Source: a virus
Lineage: Duplodnaviria; Caudoviricetes
Virus record (IMG/VR): IMGVR_UViG_3300034374_008818
Coordinates: 1-56,930 of that record
Reading direction: 5' to 3' (one strand)
DNA length: 56,930 bases
The position numbers and the translations under genes were made by a program. The notes beneath the pieces are model-generated. The model did no database searches and was not told where the DNA came from. It saw nothing but the letters and a program-made list of their open reading frames with translations. Positions 53,079 to 56,930 of the stretch are shown piece after piece. Each line of letters begins with the position of its first letter. The stretch's first letter is position 1.

Positions 53079-54386
53079 CTAGTGTGTCTCTTGCCAACTT
53101 GAACCGATGTCTGATGCAGCAGTGATAGGTACTTTGAACTTGTAGTACTCACCAGCCATAGGCGCTGCTCTGACAATAAGCTCAGCAACACGTTCAGCTT
53201 CACTAGGTACAACAGAGAACTGCTGTTCATCGTGCACGTAAGCGCAACGTGTGTAGTCAACGTTGTAAGTCAGACCAGCATCATCTAGTAGCTGCTGTCC
53301 GATGACACACCACCGCTTACTAAGGATGGCACCAGCTGACTGAAGTAAGTAGTTAAGTGCTGCATGTTCAGCAGTACAGAATATAGGGCGACCATCAAGT
53401 CCCCTAAGGCGACCGTTAGCTCTGACTTTAGTTTTGACTGCATCAATGAGTGGCTCCAAACCTGGGATAGCATCAAGGAATTTGCGGCGTAACTCTTGAC
53501 CCAGCTGTTTCTTTGCTGCATCAGATAGCTCAGGCTTGAGGCTATGGCCAAGCTTCTGGTCACCAGCGCCGTAGATAAACGCATAGGTCAGTGTCTTAAC
53601 TTCCTTACGTGTGCAGCCAACACGGTCAGCATTTTGCTGGTGGATGTCACCGTTCAGTACAACGTGAGCAAAGGCACCTTCATCAAAGCGTGCAAGGTAA
53701 TGCCCGAGTGCTCTGAGCTCTAAGCCCTCAAGGTCAGCACCTACCATCAGATGGCCAGCGTGCGGAACAAACAGCTCACGTGCCCACGGTGCGCTTACAA
53801 CTTGACCGAGGTTTGGACCACGGTGTGCATTACGCCCAGTCTGTGTAGCAAGAGTGCAGCTGTGATGGATGCAGCCGTCTTGCTCAATCGTATTGAACCA
53901 AGAGTTTGTACCCTCAGACAGTTGACCCATCCACTTCTGTAGTGTCAGCAAACGGATGAACCACTCGCACTGGTCGTGCAGCTCTTGGTTGCCCTGTGAC
54001 AAAGCAGAGTCACGGACTTCAGAGATAGTAGCTTCATCAACTTTAGGCTTACCAGTGTCAGTCACCTTGGTAAACCGAGCACCTTGAAAGGTTTGCAGCG
54101 CCCAAGCAATGTGCTGCCTGCTTGTTGGATTGAAATCCAGCAGCTTAGTCATTGGAGCACCAGCAACGTAGCCGTTCTTACTGTTAGTGCGTTTTGGCGT
54201 GAAGACCTTGCCAGGGTAGTAGCGATAGACTGCAAGAATTTTTTTAGTGATATTTTCAGCCTCACGTGAGAGTTCTTCTCGTACACGCTCAGCTGCATCA
54301 AGGTCAAACTTAAAGCCGCTTGCTTCTTGCTGTGCCATAAGCTCAGCCATTCGCATCTCAAGTTTGACGTAATCAGGAATCTGCAT
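53079..54386 (-). CDS. polA: Family A DNA polymerase, polymerase domain only
   Basis: TQTGR, motif A ADLEGLELR, motif B RKEVKTLTYAFIYG, motif C YVHDE; ATG 54386. Confidence 0.95.
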   Translation of the reverse strand: MQIPDYVKLEMRMAELMAQQEASGFKFDLDAAERVREELSREAENITKKILAVYRYYPGKVFTPKRTNSKNGYVAGAPMTKLLDFNPTSRQHIAWALQTFQGARFTKVTDTGKPKVDEATISEVRDSALSQGNQELHDQCEWFIRLLTLQKWMGQLSEGTNSWFNTIEQDGCIHHSCTLATQTGRNAHRGPNLGQVVSAPWARELFVPHAGHLMVGADLEGLELRALGHYLARFDEGAFAHVVLNGDIHQQNADRVGCTRKEVKTLTYAFIYGAGDQKLGHSLKPELSDAAKKQLGQELRRKFLDAIPGLEPLIDAVKTKVRANGRLRGLDGRPIFCTAEHAALNYLLQSAGAILSKRWCVIGQQLLDDAGLTYNVDYTRCAYVHDEQQFSVVPSEAERVAELIVRAAPMAGEYYKFKVPITAASDIGSSWQETH

Positions 54387-54525
54387 TGGACTTCTCAATA
54401 ATTTCGTAATCAGGGTATTCAGTTTTTACTTTATTCCTGACCCAAGCGTTAAATTTAGGTGGATTAAATTGTTTACTAATAGTGACAGTTTTCTTTTTAT
54501 GGTTAACTTTAATCGATCTCTTCAT
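54373..54525 (-). CDS. 50-aa basic micro-protein, not in ORF track
   Basis: Hand-translated MKRSIKVNHKKK...; ATGA-coupled to the upstream gene. Confidence 0.55.
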   Translation of the reverse strand: MKRSIKVNHKKKTVTISKQFNPPKFNAWVRNKVKTEYPDYEIIEKSNADS

Positions 54526-54755
54526 TCCTCATCCTCACTTGTAACTTTGACAAAACCGAAGCGTTCATCCGCTTCTTTCTTTAGTGCATCAGCACGTTCT
54601 TTATGAGCAAGCTTAGCGACACTCTCCATAATCTTGAGGCAATCTTCAGTCGATGCTTCAGGAACACGTTCTTTGACAACATTAAACAGCTCAACAAATT
54701 TATCAGCTGCAGTACTCATCTCTTCTTTAGTAAGAGGGTCGTGTTTGTTAGGCAT
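54522..54755 (-). CDS. Hypothetical protein (77 aa)
   Basis: ORF track. Confidence 0.7.
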   Translation of the reverse strand: MPNKHDPLTKEEMSTAADKFVELFNVVKERVPEASTEDCLKIMESVAKLAHKERADALKKEADERFGFVKVTSEDEE

Positions 54756-54791
54756 AATAAATAAAAAACATTTGAATAATAAGCACGCTGA

Positions 54792-55277
54792 CTAGGCAGC
54801 TTTTCTTTTAGCCCAAGATTTTTTCAGAGCTTCAGACATACGACGGCATTGATCTGCCGAACGTTTCTTGCCCTTTCGTGAAGCACTCATCTTGGCGCAA
54901 GTTTCAGGCGGCAGTTTGCGTCCCTTAAGTTTGCGACTGATTTGCTTCTTTTGTTTAGCGGAGCAAGGCCGGCCACGATTAGCGTCGCCAATCTTACGCT
55001 TAACTTCTTCAGGCATCACGTACCCAGGAGTACCTGGGCCACCTAGACATACATTATCTAGTTGCCCCCCGTCTTGATTGCGACCGAAGAAAGCGATTAG
55101 TTCTATTTCACACTCAAAGCTTTCCCACTCGGTAGCAAAATAAAACATTTGTATTAGTTCGGGCTTCGGGAGCGGCTTGCTGCGGTTGAACTTATGTTTA
55201 ACTCTGCGACCCACGCCTTTGCCTACATAATAGGCGTTACCATTTTCGTCCAAATACAAGTAGCAGTAGTAGTTCAT
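54792..55277 (-). CDS. GIY-YIG homing endonuclease with NUMOD3 repeats
   Basis: YCYLY...YYVGKG..RR...E.ELI...LDN...GG.G; E.KRKIG/KKQIS/AKMS repeats; AGGAG RBS. Confidence 0.85.
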   Translation of the reverse strand: MNYYCYLYLDENGNAYYVGKGVGRRVKHKFNRSKPLPKPELIQMFYFATEWESFECEIELIAFFGRNQDGGQLDNVCLGGPGTPGYVMPEEVKRKIGDANRGRPCSAKQKKQISRKLKGRKLPPETCAKMSASRKGKKRSADQCRRMSEALKKSWAKRKAA

Positions 55278-55335
55278 ATCAACTCTCCTATCAAGTAAAG
55301 TCTAGCTAAAAGATAGTAAAACTGCGCCCTGCTTG

Positions 55336-55860
55336 TTACCAAGTGTCGTTCATCCTGCGCTGTAGCAGTTGAAATAACTTGTAAGTAACAAGAGTATCTT
55401 GTATGCAATATGAGAGCATTTCCATCGAGTATTTATCCCAGCCACCATCGTGACCGCTGAAGGAACCTTTAAAGCACTTAAGGCGGTAACCCCACGCTTC
55501 TAAGCTATGACGTCCATACAGACGCTGTGGCATACCTTGAGGGCGACGTTCATAGTCACGGTCAGTGATATGTGGATAGTACAGACGGCTGAGTACAAGA
55601 GTGTCAAGTATCTCACCGTCAAACTGAAAGTCAGGGAACTGCTCTTTAAGCAGCGGGATGTCATAGTTGATGATGTTATGACCAACAAGTAGCTTAGATT
55701 TCTCTAGCTGCTTGACACCTTGAATGACAGCACGCTCAGGCTTGTGGTCAAACACAAGCGGCTCATCAGGTGCGTTGAGGTCACGCATCACAATACAGTG
55801 AATTGTTGAGCCACACCGAAGCAAGCCGGTGCTCTCAATGTCAAACAATAAACTAGTCAT
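55336..55860 (-). CDS. 3'-5' exonuclease domain of the split DNA polymerase A
   Basis: Exo I FDIEST, Exo II GHNIINYD, HSLEAWGYRL, Exo III YCIQD; ATG 55860. Confidence 0.92.
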   Translation of the reverse strand: MTSLLFDIESTGLLRCGSTIHCIVMRDLNAPDEPLVFDHKPERAVIQGVKQLEKSKLLVGHNIINYDIPLLKEQFPDFQFDGEILDTLVLSRLYYPHITDRDYERRPQGMPQRLYGRHSLEAWGYRLKCFKGSFSGHDGGWDKYSMEMLSYCIQDTLVTYKLFQLLQRRMNDTW

Positions 55861-56365
55861 CAGCATCAATATCAGATTTATCTTTAGGGTCAAACTCATC
55901 GACCTCGTGTGGGTTCTCAACAAACCGTGGGTCAACATCCGTAAACATCGGTGTAATCTCAATCGATAGTTCTCTTGCTAGTCGTGCAGCACGGCGGAAC
56001 TCATCTTTGTAATAAGGCTCCCACTCGTGTGCAGCAATCAAGAACTTACGGATACCCATCAAGTGAGCTTGAAAGACTGAAGCAGCGAAGGGGTATCGAG
56101 TGGAGTAGATGACAGCTCCGGTGGTGGGAGTGCCACGTTTTGCACAAGTAGCAATCGCATAGGTAATACAATCAATTTCAACTTTTGAAGAGCAAAGTAC
56201 AGAGCGACCGTCGCCAATAATCTCACGGTCACGGACAAGTACACAGCCACCAGGAACAGTGGGGTGCGTTGAGCCACGGGCGATTGCCTCAGCAATAGAC
56301 ATAAAATATTTCTCTTTATTCTTGATAAAACAAGGGTCACCTTTTGGTGCTGGCATATCTCTCAT
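55853..56365 (-). CDS. dCMP deaminase-fold protein lacking catalytic motifs
   Basis: YFM.IA..IA..ST....GCVLVRD..IIG.G, GA.IY.T.YP, GI framework; HAE and PCxxC absent. Confidence 0.75.
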   Translation of the reverse strand: MRDMPAPKGDPCFIKNKEKYFMSIAEAIARGSTHPTVPGGCVLVRDREIIGDGRSVLCSSKVEIDCITYAIATCAKRGTPTTGAVIYSTRYPFAASVFQAHLMGIRKFLIAAHEWEPYYKDEFRRAARLARELSIEITPMFTDVDPRFVENPHEVDEFDPKDKSDIDADD

Positions 56366-56406
56366 AACAATCTATTCTTTCCTATATTAGGTAGTGAAAC
56401 ACGAGA

Positions 56407-56805
56407 GTGCGATACATGGATTACGACAAGTTTATGGAAGAATGGGAAAAGATGGATCCTGCAGATCGACCTTTGTACGCGATTGATTTTAGTAATCAAC
56501 CGGCTAATAAAAAATTTCAGCTTGAGAACAAGCACGCAAAGAATGACAGGTGGCTAAACCTTGCATCACCAGTAAGAGAAGACCGTGTCAATTCACCATC
56601 GCATTACACAGCTGGCTCACAAGAAGCCATCGTGACGATAGAAGAGGCAATTGAACATGCACCGTCAGTGTCGTATGGAATGCTGCAGGCACAGGTGCTG
56701 AAATATCTGCTGCGTGTGTGGCACAAAGACAACCCACTTGAAGACTTGAAAAAAGCACAATGGTATCTCACTAGGCTTATTGCAAAAATGGATGGAAACA
56801 AATGA
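56407..56805 (+). CDS. DUF3310 family protein
   Basis: D.VNSPSHYT.G..EAI...KYL.R..HK.N.LEDLKKAQWYL. Confidence 0.85.
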   Translation: MRYMDYDKFMEEWEKMDPADRPLYAIDFSNQPANKKFQLENKHAKNDRWLNLASPVREDRVNSPSHYTAGSQEAIVTIEEAIEHAPSVSYGMLQAQVLKYLLRVWHKDNPLEDLKKAQWYLTRLIAKMDGNK

Positions 56806-56930
56806 GTATTTTCTGTGCAATCCTTTCTACTTGGACAATTGTTGGGGCAGTCGAAGTCAAACCTAACTGGATACACGTTGACTATTTAGACCAGAACAAT
56901 CAAGCTAGTTACATCGTCATTCCCAAGGAA
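56802..56930 (+). CDS. Partial hypothetical protein running off the window
   Basis: ATGA-coupled start, open to the window end. Confidence 0.5.
   Translation, partial: MSIFCAILSTWTIVGAVEVKPNWIHVDYLDQNNQASYIVIPKE

Noticed and set aside
54387-55335. Group I intron interrupting the DNA polymerase
   Set aside because: The interval is almost fully occupied by three ORFs, leaving too little sequence for a ribozyme core, and both halves have their own start and stop. Not formally excluded without a covariance search.

Overview
A 57-kb segment of a tailed dsDNA cyanophage, most likely infecting marine Synechococcus/Prochlorococcus. Host evidence: a cyanobacterial group-2 RpoD sigma, NblA-like genes, and a Downstream-peptide/glutamine riboswitch in front of a DUF4278-like gene. 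It is probably temperate, with a tyrosine integrase next to a tRNA-Ser 3'-end attP. Layout: (1) 1-3.7 kb, a minus-strand array of micro-genes, each headed by a rigidly spaced element (+ strand ACA-N12-6 bp stem-GNTA loop-stem; 13 copies). (2) 4.4-13.8 kb, probable internal/ejection proteins. (3) TerL, portal, scaffold, sigma factor, major capsid, head-tail and many tail-fibre genes to 44.6 kb; no sheath or tape measure recognised. (4) Lysis genes, integrase/attP and small host-interaction genes. (5) A minus-strand split family A DNA polymerase with a degenerate dCMP deaminase. Main leads: the hairpin-N12-TGT array (candidate N4-like template-strand hairpin promoters), with two non-coding AAGCGACCTAC-repeat units inside it; a 130-bp inverted-repeat element present twice, 45 kb apart; a recurrent R-[FML]-A-G motif in many probable virion proteins; two candidate -1 frameshifts in lysis genes; and a 488-nt portal/scaffold dual-coding overlap. 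All family calls come from motif recognition by eye; no database search was run.
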